64,000 bases of DNA, taken from the NCBI GenBank assembly GCA_949358305.1, contig OX442314.1, positions 13,082,001-13,146,000 on the forward strand. Reading direction: 5' to 3'. The notes beneath the pieces are model-generated. The model saw nothing but the letters and a program-made list of their open reading frames with translations, made no database searches and had not been told where the DNA came from. Positions 28,101 through 39,545 of this stretch are shown here, piece after piece. How positions within the stretch are numbered: the stretch's first letter is position 1; each line of letters starts with the position of its first letter. Both the position numbers and the translations under genes were made by a program. This stretch comes from Strigamia acuminata. Lineage: Eukaryota.

Positions 28101-31100
28101 TCATGGCGGACATCTTTATTAGTGTTGTCTAGTGGCAACATATGGAGTTAACATCCCAAGCGCCATTACATAATCAGCCGTGTGGGAACCATTCTTGTCC
28201 GTCATGGCGCAGGAGGTCATATCCTTCTCATATCCAGAGGGTCATATCCATCTCGATTTTGTAGTTATCTTTGTTGGTCTTTATTTAACCTGATCTAACA
28301 CTAAACTCTACTCGCCCAGAGAATCCACTTCTTCTCATTGGTCAGGGAATTACTGCTTGCTTCCTCAGGCAAACAAAAAAAGTGCCAATAACTTGTTCAT
28401 TTTATGGAAAGAGGGTGCTGATTACACTAAAGCGCTCCAGAAAAGAGTCTCGACGAGTTGTTCATTTTATTGATTATTGAAAAAGGTGCTTATGACATTA
28501 GAGCACTTCAACTACCGGTAGTAGTTTGAACAGCCATGTTTGTTGCTGAGTCGCCATGTCTGTTCCTAGACCAGGGCTTCATAAACTGTGGATCGCGCCT
28601 CCACATGCGGTCGTGTAACTGAATGGGGGTCGTGAAATGGCCGTAAACATACTTCTGCCATTTCTACTATGTAATTTCTCGGGCGAAAAGCAGTTGCAAG
28701 TGGAAAAGGTTTAAGAAGTCCTGTACTAGACTACTATGTCTGTCACTATGTTGTGATTGCCAATGTAAAGTAGCTAGTCAATGAGACTTAGTGGATTATC
28801 TGGTTGATGCCAAATTCAAATACTTCCGTCTAGACGGATAGTGTCATTATACTCAAAATCAAGGCCTGTGCGACACATATGCCACCCTTTTAAACAGTAA
28901 AAAAAAAATTTGTTGAAAAAATTGGTTTGTGCGCTCACAGATGTCGCTCCCAGAAATATGCGACCGCCTCGCCGTCTCCCCCCCTCGCGCTGGCCCTGCT
29001 CAAAACCACCACAACGTTGTCCGAACTCCTATTGGCTAAGCTGGTTTACGCCTAACTGGGGACTGTGATCTACTACGCAAGAAAATAGCAAATAGCGGAC
29101 AATTGACATCCCGCATTTTGTGCCGTTTCGGCGGGATGGTGCCACGATCACAAGACAGAATCGCTTTACAGTCTAACATCGAACAATTAAATTGTGCTAG
29201 ATGTGAAGTCCTTAAGTTGATTGTCCTAGGCTCAACCAATAGGAGTTAGGACAACGTTGTGGTAGTTTTGAGTATAGTCACCTATTATTATTTCTACAAA
29301 ATCATGTACTTTATTTGTTGCATTTGTGTGCGCAAGTAGGAATTTTTTAGTTAGATTTTGGCATAAAGATACCGGAAGCGGATTGTAGTAGAGTAGGAGA
29401 ACAAAGGGGATTATTACACTGTATGGCGCCAAGAATATTCTGTAAAATCAAGATTTAGCGGCATGCTGGGAAACTCGCTTTACACCAGCATGTGCATGTC
29501 TCAGTAGCGGAAATAACAAAAAAGAAACTACGTGGCTACGTGCTAAACGACTTAGTAACGTGGAAATGACAATGTGCACACTGAGAGCGTATTTAATAAT
29601 TTACCTGCATGTATTATTTAATTTGATTATTTAATTTAACGCTAAGATTTCCACATTTGCCCATTAATTACAAAAGTTAAGATCCTCGTTACCCGCCATG
29701 TTTTTTCCTAACTTCCGCAAGCTTCAGCATCCAATATACACGGGCATTACAAGATTAGCGTTTAATATTGGGGGTGACATTTTTTAGTAGGACGAATCAA
29801 TATTAAGGATGGATAAAATTTGTAAATTTACTTCCGTTTGATTATTTTCTCATTTCGGAAGAGATGGGTGGGGCGGAGGCAAGTTAAATTGTCAGGGACA
29901 TCACATCGAATACGCTTTACCGAATGCTTCAAAGGATGCCGGCTAAGCATGTTGAAGTCTGCACGTTTCTTCACGCCCTTTAAGCACATTTAAGATCATT
30001 GCTGAGTCCCCTAGAATTCTTGATAATCCCACAAGTATAAACAACAGGATAGGTCACGTGACAACGCGACAATACGGTAGTTTAGAGGGACCAATATAAA
30101 CTTAGAATCACCACACACGCGTGCACAATATATGTCTTACCACATTCCCATTCAACCCGCGAGATGTCGGTTGGAATTCTCAACCAGTGGTTACAAGTTA
30201 AACTGTCTGCAGAGTCAGCCCCTGCTTTTCTTAAGACATGTTGATATGCTCGGCGCTTTGTTTGGTCTGTGATGGACTAAAACGTGACATTATAGTGGTC
30301 ACACTTTAATGGTACTTTAGAAGGGTTTTTAAAGGTGAGTTAGTTTGGTTTGGAATAAGATCAATAAAAATGCTGTTAACTAAACGCTTTTTAGTGAGGT
30401 ATAGCTCGAATCAATGAATGAGTTGATGCGTTCTTAATGGCCCTATTTTTTATTTTTTATTTTTATTTTTTTATTTTGATTTGATGCAATATTGGTTTTA
30501 GTGTTATGTAGTGACTTTCAGGATTATTGCGTCCATAAATCTTGCCTATTTCTCTGAACATGACATTTGCCTTTGGAAACAGTTTAATGTGATATTAATC
30601 TTTGTTTGCTAAATTGGTTTCCAGTTTTATTTGCTTTTGTTTATCGTTTATTTTCATTTTCTTTTTCCGTCGCATTTATTTTCTTTTTTTTTAATTTAGT
30701 TTATTTATTTTTTTATTTATTATATTTTGTTGTCAGAGGCTGGCCAAAGATTAGATGGGTCTAAGAATGGTAAGTTGTTTATTGAAATTTATTTTATTTT
30801 GTTTTGTTTTATTTTTATTTATTTTAATATTTTGATAATTTTATTACGGCGCTCGTAATCGAATCTAGGCAGGACTTTCAAAACCGGTAGATGCATTTAT
30901 TTACAGCGAATTTTTTTTTTTTACATTAGGTACTGCATATGCATACGAAGAACCAGAATCATCATCAGACAGCGATGACGAAGTCATACAACGCCTTCAA
31001 CAGTCTTTCAGTGTCAACAGTGGACTGCGCAAGACGTCCAGTTCGTACAGCACGCGCCTCAAGAAGACTGACAGCAAAACTGCAGACTCCTCGGGTCACG

Positions 31101-34100
31101 TGGATCATTCTACAGGTAAAAAACTGCAAGATAAAACTGCAACTGGCTCAAACAAAGCGACGAAAAGGGAAATGCAAAATATTCTAAGTAGTTGTTGATG
31201 ACTTGTTGCGGTTTTATTGTCTCGTGTATAGAGAAGAAGCTAGAAAAACAACCAGGGGACACAAGTAGTGATTTGATTTCTTTGGCCGAAAAAGGTCGAG
31301 TTGGTGGCGGTTCGTCGGGGTCGAGTGAGACGAGTGGACCTGAAACGCAAGATGAAGAAGGTCTCACGTCCCAACAGCGGCTTATGGCTCAGGCTTCGAC
31401 CACCAAACGACCGTATCATGACAACCGTGCCTTCCGCACGCACGACGATCAGTCGCCGGCCAGTTCCGATCGCGCTTTCTCCGGTTGCGGGGACTCTGTT
31501 ATAGACGTAAGAAATGATTGCTCTATTGAGTCGTAACTCCTTTTTTTTATGCCCACACTCCCAATTGAGTTTGATATCTCGGCAAAGAAGATTGGGTTTG
31601 CTATTAAGATTTTTTTTATGGCTTTTTATTAGGGAGATTTATAATGAGATATATGAGGAGAGAAATAAAAAATCTCATCTATCGTAGTTGTTTATATATT
31701 TTTGAGAAAAAGAGAAAAAGAAAAGAATTAAAGGTGCAGAAATGTGTAGAATATTTTATATATTTATTAGGAATTATAATATAAGAAATGGAGATGTTGG
31801 GGTTAGTAGAAGCATTACTGTGAAGTGTCATTGTGTTGGTGGGGCAGCAGTTGAAAAATGAATGAATTTTTTGAAAATGTTGTTTTTTTGCCTTGTCTGG
31901 TATAATGCACGCTTGAATTCATTTTGAAAAAGGTTTTCAAAACATTAGGTGCATTCAGAATTTCTGTTTCCCTGGTTTTTAATAGGGGCAATTATTTAAA
32001 CTTGTTTACATTTCTTGACCCAGTCGAAATGTTAAATTTGACATTTAAATTACCGTAGTTTAAATGGCTTTGTGAATGCGCCTTGTGTATAGAAGACAAA
32101 TAAAAATGGGTCTATCTACGATGTTTTGGAAGGTTATTTTTGTTTTACCATTACAATTTTCTCTTTTTTATCAAAATGAATTCTGGCACACTTTTTTTTT
32201 AACACAATTCTGCTTTTACTCACTGGTGGTGGGTGCTTCACCTGCTAGCATTAGAAGAATTGGACGTTCGAACTTGTGTGGCAGCCATTTTGAATTTGGT
32301 TGTAAAATACAAAAGCAGAGAAGAACCACTTAGAAAACTAGGTTTTTGCGGTTTTTGTTGATGGTTTATGGCTGTTTTGAGTATCCATTTTGTTTATAGC
32401 ATTAGCAAAAATAACAATAATAAACTCTTTGGACACTTCAATGCCGTGCTCCTGTAAAACCAACATTTCTAGTAATATCGTTTACATTTGTATAAATTTA
32501 AATTTTTTCCCTTACTCTGTATTTTGTTTGATCGATTTTGAACTCCGCAACATTGGCCGTTGGTCATGTAAAACGTGCATTCTAACATGTTTTACACTTT
32601 TTTTCACCTTTTATTTTTCAAGTACTTATTACACTTTAATGGAAAAAAAAACCTCGTTCTGTTCATTCACTAACCTAATTACCTTACACATGGCCCTTTA
32701 TTTCTGTCTTTGTTTTTTTTCATTTCCGCTTGTGGAAACACGAAACCCATCTAAGTTTCCTGCAAGACCCTAGCTATTAATCATTTAGTCGTAGAACTAC
32801 ACAGAATTCTGCTTTTTATGCTTGTGGTTTGCTCATCTTGTCGTTGCGACATTTTCGCATGTGGTTGTTGTTTTTCCCGACCCTTGTTTCGAATAACATT
32901 TGCCTCTTAATAATGCATCGTAAGTAACTAACCTTTGCGGTTCGATGTGCAGAATAACATTTCCTGTTGTTTTTCGTGGTAGTATGTCTATTCGCATTTT
33001 TTTTTTTTTTTTTTTTTTTGCATGTTGAGTTGTGTTTTATCTTTTACCTTTAGTCAGTAGATTCCCAGACTCTTCCTGTGGCAGAACAAAGTTTTTCTTC
33101 AAGATCATCACCTAGCATGCAAAGAGTAAGTTATAACAGCTTAAAAGGTTCAAATGGTTAAATTTTATTCCCAAAATTTAAAAAAAAATGATAATCTTTT
33201 TGTGTGAGAATTTTATCCGTTTATTTTGCACGATATGAATTTTTAATTTAATAAAAACAGTTTTTCCATGCGACAAATCCACTCGAATTGACAATAGTGT
33301 ATACATTTGAAAAATCCAAATGAATCCTTAAACCTTTTTTTCTTATTTTTCTATAAAAAAAAAACAGGAACAGCTTTTCGATGTGAGTGATTTGCAGAGT
33401 GGGTACGGAGACCAGCCACTCATTTCGAAATGTGGTAACCTTGAGGCCGCATTTGCCTACGACGCCCCAACTCGTAAAGTCACCATTCGTGTCCTCCAAG
33501 CTCGAGATATTCCTACCAAGGACCGCGGAGGAGCTAATAACGTTCAAGTAAGATAATAAAAGAAAAAAGAGAGACAAAATGTATAATTTTGCAGTCATTT
33601 ATTTTTTTTTATGGAATAAAATAAAATAAACTTTAACGATTTTTTTTTCTCGTATCACCAAAATTTTTTTTTATATTTTTTTTTTTGTTTATAAAACGAA
33701 GTGTGTGTCAATTAGGAATGCTGAATATTTGAACAGGCATGTGTTGCCTCGAGTACGGGCGAATTTTGCAGATAGCATTTAGATTTCTTTGCGTGCTGAT
33801 AATGACATCTGGTTGGAGGGAAGGGGCTTTAAAGAGAATAAAAAGGCGCAACTCGTCTTTAAACGACCATCCGTGCCATATTTATTTTTCCATTCAAAAT
33901 TTATTCACGTTTTGATTTGTCTTTCTCGTAGGTGCGGCTATTGTTGCTCCCGAGCAAGAAACAGAAACATAAAACGAAAATCCGACAAGGCGACGGACCA
34001 CAATTCAACGAAACATTTTTATTCAGCAGAATAAATCCAGGTGCGTATTTGATAAAGGATACTTGCGCTTAAATGTCATCTCTAGGGAGGTCAACGTCCT

Positions 34101-35397
34101 AAGTTCTAACCACCATCTTGAAGGGTGAGAGAAGGAATGGGTTCTTTCGAGGGATTTATCGATCTGCTGCTTGTGCATGAAAGTGATGCGAAAACAGACA
34201 TGTTGGGAGGGCACACGTAGTTTGTTGCATGAATTATTAATAAACAAAGGGAAAATATTTAGGCGCAATAAAAAATAATAAAAAATAATAAAAAAATATA
34301 AATTGATGATTTTTTTTTCATTTTTTTTTTCAGAGGAAGTAACGAGCATGGGAGTGCGATTTCGCCTTTATGGATGCGAACGGATGAGGCGAGAACGGAT
34401 GATCGGAGAAAGTATCGTGAGTTTCGTATCTCTGAATTTAGATCAAGAAACTACTCACTGGCTGACACTAGAGCCGAGGACGAATCTTGCAGTAAGTTAG
34501 GTCGTTGTTTGACAAGTGCCGGACTATAACCACTTCCGAGGCCCCAAGCAGAAGCGTGAATGAGGTCCCCTTCTCTTTTTCAAAAAATCAACGCATAAAA
34601 TTATTATATATTATAATTAATATGGTAACATACTAATTAAATATTTGAACATGGATTAAAATAACATGTCAAATTATTACGCAAGAATTTAGCTTTATGG
34701 TTGGCCCGGCACTGCAATAGGTGGTTATTTTGAAGTATATTCGAAACATAATCTTATAGTGTGTTATTCGACAGCATGGAGACTCGAAAACGGACTTGTC
34801 CAGCCTCGCTCGTAGCGACAGCACAGGCTCAACACAGTCTATGCAGCATGGTGGTGTGCCAGAATTATTACTCGGCCTATCTTACAATGGGACGACTGGC
34901 CGCTTGTCAGTTGAAGTCATTAAAGGAAGTCATTTTCGTAATTTAGCAATGAATAGGGCGCCCGGTAATGACTTGTAGGTAATTTATCCGTTAATATGAG
35001 CTAATTTATTGCTTGTTTTCAGACACTTATGTTAAATTATCCTTGATGTCGTCTAATAATCAAGAAATAGCCAGGAGTAAAACGTCAATTCGTCGCGGGC
35101 AACCAAATCCTTTATTTAAAGAGACGTTTATGTTTCAAGTAATTGTGGGGATTGCGAGCGCTTTGTTTATGACGTTAATGTTTGGTTTTTGTGTTTTAGG
35201 TAGCACTTTTTCAGTTGCCGGATGTGACTTTGATGGTATCCGTATACAACAAGCGAAACATGAAGCGAAAGGAAATGATCGGATGGTTTTCTTTGGGACT
35301 TAATAGCAGTGGTGAGGAAGAATTGTCGCATTGGAACGACATGCGTGACAGCAAAGGGGAACAGGTTTGTCGATGGCACGTTCTTGTCGAGTCTTAG
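4101..35397 (+). CDS. SYT14: Synaptotagmin-14/16-like (N-terminal TM, two C2 domains)
   Basis: Phase-consistent exons 27448-27612 ([13 protein letters not shown]...TM...LYLNRKLCF), 30737-30769, 30930-31115 (SSSDSDDEV), 31232-31506, 33054-33125, 33368-33547, 33932-34040, 34334-34491 (C2A), 34775-34964, 35023-35138, 35200-35397 (C2[17 protein letters not shown]...DTYVKL...[10 protein letters not shown]). The 5' exons 4101-4116 (MAQVQ) and 14895-14906 are inferred and less certain. Confidence 0.88.
6609..6736. repeat. Inverted repeat with ~35-bp arms and ~58-bp spacer (small foldback/MITE remnant)
   Basis: AAAATCGTGGCGAGCACAACTGTTGACGAATCAA at ~6609 is the reverse complement of TTGATTCGTCAACAGTTATGCTCGCCACGATTTT ending ~6736, with 1 mismatch. 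Confidence 0.8.
8111..8184. repeat. 34-bp tandem duplication
   Basis: TATGCAAAATAAATTTCGTTATATGCGCATATAA x2 plus a partial third copy. Confidence 0.8.
9613..9723 (+). mobile_element. 5' fragment of the Harbinger-like MITE found at 11776
   Basis: TAA-TACCCTGTTTACATCAAGATTTTGGATCTC...GAACACTGATC...GGATCTAGATC.GTGTGCCCAACAAC aligns to 11776-11887. Confidence 0.7.
11009..11254. mobile_element. pogo/Tigger-type MITE (246 bp)
   Basis: TIRs CAGTAGAGCATCGATT.TC.GAAC / GTTCGGATAATCGATGCTCTACTG flanked by TA on both sides. Confidence 0.85.
11776..12284. mobile_element. PIF/Harbinger-like MITE (509 bp)
   Basis: TIRs TATCTTGTTTACACCAA / TTGGTGTAAACAAGGTA (16/17 match); TAA target duplication at 11773-75 and 12285-87. 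Confidence 0.82.
12307..12792. mobile_element. Second, more diverged copy of the Harbinger-like MITE, adjacent to the first
   Basis: CACCAAGGTTTTGGATCTC.TC.GAAGCTGCAG at the left and ATCCGTTGGTATAAACATGATA at the right align with 11776-12284; the central part differs. Confidence 0.75.
12796..12938. mobile_element. hAT-like MITE
   Basis: TIRs CAGGGGTCGAC / GTCGACCCCTG; TSD not clean. Confidence 0.6.
12950..13212 (-). mobile_element. 5S rRNA-derived SINE (SINE3-type)
   Basis: Minus strand 13212-13105 contains GAGCTAAGCAG...GGTCAGTACTTGGATGGGTGTCCTGCTGGGAATCCCAG, resembling the 5S internal control region (A box to C box). It is followed by a non-5S body (GGTTTTCTGTGGTTTTCC...AAATTCAGGGATGGTCCTTAAG) that recurs at 20700-20930. 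Confidence 0.72.
13246..13274. repeat. Short (TAACC)n / (TTAGG)n-like tract
   Basis: TAACCTAACCTAACCTGACCTAACCTGACC. Confidence 0.6.
16767..17384 (+). pseudogene. Decayed intronless gene with C-terminal RING-HC finger, inside a repeat-flanked insertion
   Basis: Frame from ATG 16767 runs into ORF 16971-17318 through two in-frame TGA. RING ligands CQLC...CGHM are followed, after two 1-nt frameshifts, by LCSVC and [11 protein letters not shown]-richer than the host intron. Confidence 0.65.
18441..18778. mobile_element. Tc1/mariner-type MITE, copy 1 (right TIR duplicated)
   Basis: Left end CAGTTTGCGTCGGGTATCTAGATGCCAAATTC...GCGCATC; right end GAATTTGGCATTAAGATACTGGT.GTGAACTG-TA occurs twice (ending ~18716 and ~18777). 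Internal sequence is shared with 21923-22220. Confidence 0.7.
19805..19935. repeat. 20-bp tandem repeat (GAAAATTCACTGTTTTGCGT, ~6.5 copies), probably internal to a CAGGG-ended element (~19721-20089)
   Basis: Near-perfect units read directly; flanks CAGGGGAGAGCC... and ...TTAATCCAGCCCTG. Confidence 0.85.
20700..20930 (-). mobile_element. Second, decayed copy of the 5S-derived SINE
   Basis: GGGACG.CTTTCTT.AGGAC, AACTTGGAAAACCACA.AAAA, AACTGGGATTCCCAG and CTGCTTAGCT.CTG.GTTCT.ATGG are collinear with 12990-13185; the C-box region is deleted. Confidence 0.7.
21923..22220. mobile_element. Tc1/mariner-type MITE, copy 2
   Basis: TA-CAGTTTGTGGCCGGTATCTTGATGCTAAATT...AATTTAGCATCACGATACCGGGCGCGAACTG-TA; shares CCTAATAATGTTAAAATAAAGTAAATAAACAACAATAAACTCATCA with 18441-18778. 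Confidence 0.78.
25490..25742. repeat. Degenerate ~30-bp tandem repeat (TTGATGAATTT.GACA.TTTTTGG)
   Basis: About 7-8 diverged units; explains spurious ORFs 25480-25668 and 25580-25777. Confidence 0.65.
28572..28723. mobile_element. hAT (Charlie/Buster-like) MITE
   Basis: TIRs CAGGGCTTCATAAAC / GTTTAAGAAGTCCTG; 8-bp TSD TCCTAGAC / TACTAGAC (7/8). Confidence 0.75.
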
Positions 35398-38202
35398 AAG
35401 GTTGCCTGTTGCTAGGAGGAGCCATTTCGCGTGGCGTTTTCTTAGCTTTCATCTCATCTTCTCTTGCTTGGTCACATGGACCAGATATTAACTTATTCGC
35501 GCCCGTCGTTTCATTTGTCCTCACTCGAGTTGGGCACTCATCATCCTGTCGCCTCTCTTGTTGTCCCTCTTCCTACCTACATCTGAGGGCCTCCGACAGC
35601 GAAATGTGTGTGAGATTTGACGGTGAATCAATGTTTCGAGCAATTTCTTTTGCTCTTTAGCTCCGCAAACACGAGACGAGTCAAACTATGTCGATGTTGG
35701 CTACGCACGAAAGAGATTTAAATGCGTATTGTTTGAATGTCTTTTTTTTCAATGTGTGGTTCCAACTTTTTGTACTTTGTTGTTTGGGAAATGGCAAAAT
35801 GTGAGTATTAAATATTAATGTTTTCGAATGGAAAGGGGGAAAAATACTAAATTAAAAAAACGGGTTATTAATGATTTAACCTAACTGCTAACAAATAAAT
35901 TGCAACTAAAAAAAATAATAACTCGTTAAATGCTCAGTTTTTTATCTTTTAAAACTACGTTTTGACGTTTTTATTATCCAAGGTGCATTTGAAAAGAAAA
36001 TGATTATTTTTTAAAGTAATTTTCTGGAATTAGTGGCGACTAAATGGAGGTTTAGTGGCTGTCGTGTTCGGATTTATTACTACACGGTTTTTGTTTTTAT
36101 TTTTGGGTCGCATGGAATGCATTTAGTGAAATTTCAAACTTTGCACGAGGAAAGCTGTATGGAAAGCGATACACACCACAAGAATGCTTCACGGTGCATC
36201 TGTTATTCATATATATTTCATTTGGAAAATCAAGCTGTCACCTTTATAGTAAATCTTTGATATATTTTTGGGCGTAGTTTTCCCCTCGTTTTAATTACTA
36301 TTCTCACAACATTTTATAGTGTGCAACTGTTTCATAATTCATCAAAACCAACCATATGTAATTTTTTTTTCTGTGCTAAGAATATCTGCTTTTCACTAAT
36401 ACATAATGTAGTTTTTGAGTATTAATAATATTAATAAATATGTGTTAATTGTCTACTCTTCGATATAATCAGCTATTTTGATATAACAAGTAATACTGGA
36501 AAATGTTAAGTGACTATTTGCACACAAAAATAACTCGATTATTATTTATTTTTGCACAGTTTATATTCTATATGTGTTTAAGCAGGATATACATAAAATA
36601 CACACTTTAGGGTTTAGTTTAAGGATGATTTATTGATTGTATTGAGTCTTTTGTCTTTTCTATGTACAGTTTTTCTTGTTCATATTTTCTATTGTGTGGT
36701 GATATGCTTGATTCGTTATAATTAATCATTGCAGTTATCTATATTTTAATCTTTATAAGTGTGCGGGTTATTATTTTACATTATTTTTCTTTTTTCTGCG
36801 GAGGTCTTATTGAAATTGAGTTTAAAAATATAATAAAAAGAAAAAAAATCGCAGTTCATGCATTTATTCTATGGGAATTTCTTTTTTACACATATCTATC
36901 GTTTAGTTGCCTGAAAAACGATTTAGATTTGATCTTCAATGCTGAACGACTTTTTTTTTTTACAAAAAATCTTGAGTATGTTTTCTTCATGCCATTTTCT
37001 CATTTAAAAAAATGTGCTATGACTGTTTTAATGCATACCTGCGAATTTACAATTTTTTCTGCTTTTAAAGATGTACTTGTGAAAACTTTTGAAACTCATA
37101 ATTCATTGTCACGCTTTTATCTGTTATTTTGTGTTTTATTTTAGTTATTAAATTTTTTTTGTTTTAGAACGTAAGAGCGTATTAGCACTGATCAAATTAT
37201 TCAAGAAAAAACAAACATCGAAAAAATTGCACAAATAAATAATGGAAAAACTAGTATTAATTTCGAACATGGTGGTATATTAAAAACTAGATTAATATAA
37301 GCTTATATAATTAAAAATTCTAGCAACTGAAGCAGACAATGTCGAACGATTCTACTAGTTTCATTGACAGTCGTCTTGAAGCAAAGAAAAGTTTTTTAAG
37401 GAGAATTCTACTACAAAAGAATACACAAATAATATAAAATTCTACATTAAATTCACTTTAGAATTGTTTAGGAGAAAACTCCACAAACACCATCACAATT
37501 CTAATTCCTACAAGCGGATATTTTGCACTGACTTGTGAGGTAATTTAATTCATTTTATTATTTTAATTCTACATTTTTAGTCAAGGTTAAAAATGCGTAA
37601 TCTAAAAGAACAATTATAACGTTCAACCACTTGCAAGATTACCTTACTGCGCCAATTTACACGCTTGAAAGAATTCAGCATTTGTCACGACAATAACTTC
37701 GCTTATTCGGTGCAATACGGCTACACGTGTTAAAGTTTAATCAATTCCAGGCACGTCTATCCGAAGGGTTTACCCAAACCTGCCTAAAATCGCCTTCCTT
37801 AACCCACAGCTTTGACGATACACTCGATTTCTGCCCAGAGATTTGCCTAAAACCCGTCAAGCTCAAACCAACTTCTTAACCTAAAGTAATAATAAATTAA
37901 ATTAAAACAAAACACTGTGCCGTGGGATTGGTTAATATCTTCCATGGACTTCACAAAACTATAAAATAAAAACTTGTATAATTTAACGTTTAGTTAAGTC
38001 TGGCCTCTCACTTTTATACACATTGTAGACGACTTTGGTCCAACCATACTACCTTTACCGGCTTTAATTAAAGGCGATGCATTACTGAGAATTTACAATA
38101 CTTTCTGCTTTTAAAAATGTTCTCATGAAAACGTAGTGACGAATTTATAATTTATTCAAATACAATTTAATTACAAAACATACGCAAATGAACAATTTTG
38201 GT

Positions 38203-38948
38203 TTAGTAGTCAGTATTTATGTAAATAATAGGTTGGATTTTTGGATATTTTCCACAAAAAGAATAAATTTCAAGCTGACTTGTGAGAACGAAGTTTTTGT
38301 GTATGCCAATTTCTCGAATAAAGTTTTTCAATGCAACGACTTTTTCTCTATCTATAATTTTTGCTGTAAATGCAAATGACTCGATCTGCAAACTCGTCGA
38401 ATGCGCTCACTTGAGCGTAATTTGAAAGTTCATCAAAATCATTGCTTGCAAGTTGCAATCATTTCTTCTAAGCGTCACGCTCGATCAACATTTAGATCAT
38501 ATTTAATATGTATTAAGTCATTTTTCACTGAAAAGAATATATTCACGAGAAAAGGGAACATCTTCCAGCTTAGATTGTTGAAATTGCTGAATTAAGCCGC
38601 ATTCATCGCTTGGTGTGTAATTATCCGTGTATTTTAATCTATTAAATATTATCGTCACTTTAAATAAATGAATTAACTGGCTTATTTATTCTCATAAATA
38701 TTTTTGAAATACTGTACCTGAAAATTTGAAACTTCTTTTTTAGGGATTCAGTAGCCTTTTCCCACATTTTCGTCGACGTCGGGTTTATTTGCTCCGAGTG
38801 TTTCATGGTTAACTCCAGTTTGGAATTCTTCGTCCGTTTGTGTGGCGATGCTTTCTTTTCTAGTTTGCATACTAGTCTCAGCTTCTCTTACGTTTATTTC
38901 AGTTTGGGTAGATTTATTGTTGTTAATGTTCACCTCTTGAGCCGACAT
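38203..38948 (-). pseudogene. C11orf68/BLES03 (DUF1917) family pseudogene
   Basis: Fragments in shifting frames: MSAQE...NKSTQTE...SIATQTD, DNYTPSDECGL, FSEK*L, VDRA*R, NDFDELSNYAQVS...RVICIYSKN, VALKNFIREIGI...EIYSFCG. Collinear with the gene at 39546-40364 and with an intron (38639-38717) at the family position; several stops and frameshifts. Confidence 0.75.
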
Positions 38949-39268
38949 GTTTGAGCTTTCTGCGTACACAATAAGCTTAGATGATTAAACTTGGACGATA
39001 GAGCTTCACCTCCGCACACCGATTGCAATAAAATGATTACAACTGGATGCTTCACGGCCGTACTCGATGCTTTAAAATCCTGTTCCAAAATATCGAAAAT
39101 TTTAATTTTAATTATTTTAATGCAAATTTCTTACAGCAAGTAAATTATAATATTTTACTTATGTAAAGTGAAATTTTTTTGAATGTTTACGTATATACTG
39201 GTATAGTACGTATAACTCTACATTTTTAAAAAGTATAAAAATATATTTTAGAATTTTGAATAATTTAG

Positions 39269-39486
39269 CATTAAAATCCAATCGCAATATTAATCGCTTA
39301 TTTTTTTTAATAGAAATGTTCTATTTTCTATAATCGCAATATTAATCGCTTATTTTTTTTTAAACAGAAATGTTCTATTTTCTATACCCACAAAATTAAA
39401 ACAAGTACTTAAAATGGAAACATAAATTTATTAAGAACATGCAAAATACAAAAAAAATCATGCTAATAGGCCTACTCCAAAAAAAA
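39269..39486 (+). repeat. ~160-bp direct repeat, second copy at 41212-41372
   Basis: CATTAAAATCCAATCGCAATATTA...AGAAATGTTCTA...CCCACAAAATTAAAACAAGTACTTAAAATGGAAACATAAATTTATTAA...GCTAATAGGCCTACTCCAAAAAA is near identical at both sites; the left copy has an internal ~52-bp duplication. Confidence 0.85.
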
Positions 39487-39545
39487 GCATGTAAATAATC
39501 ACTACAGCACAATAAAAAAAATCAAATAAACTTCTAAAAACAGAC

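Noticed and set aside
36033..37144. Phe/Ile-rich ORFs after the synaptotagmin stop
   Set aside because: T-rich 3'UTR-like sequence with no motifs or splice structure; likewise 32076-32773 in an intron.
38203..38948. UGA-to-Trp recoding or selenocysteine in a BLES03 copy
   Set aside because: Several frameshifts accompany the TGAs and neighbouring genes use TGG for Trp; a pseudogene is the simpler reading.
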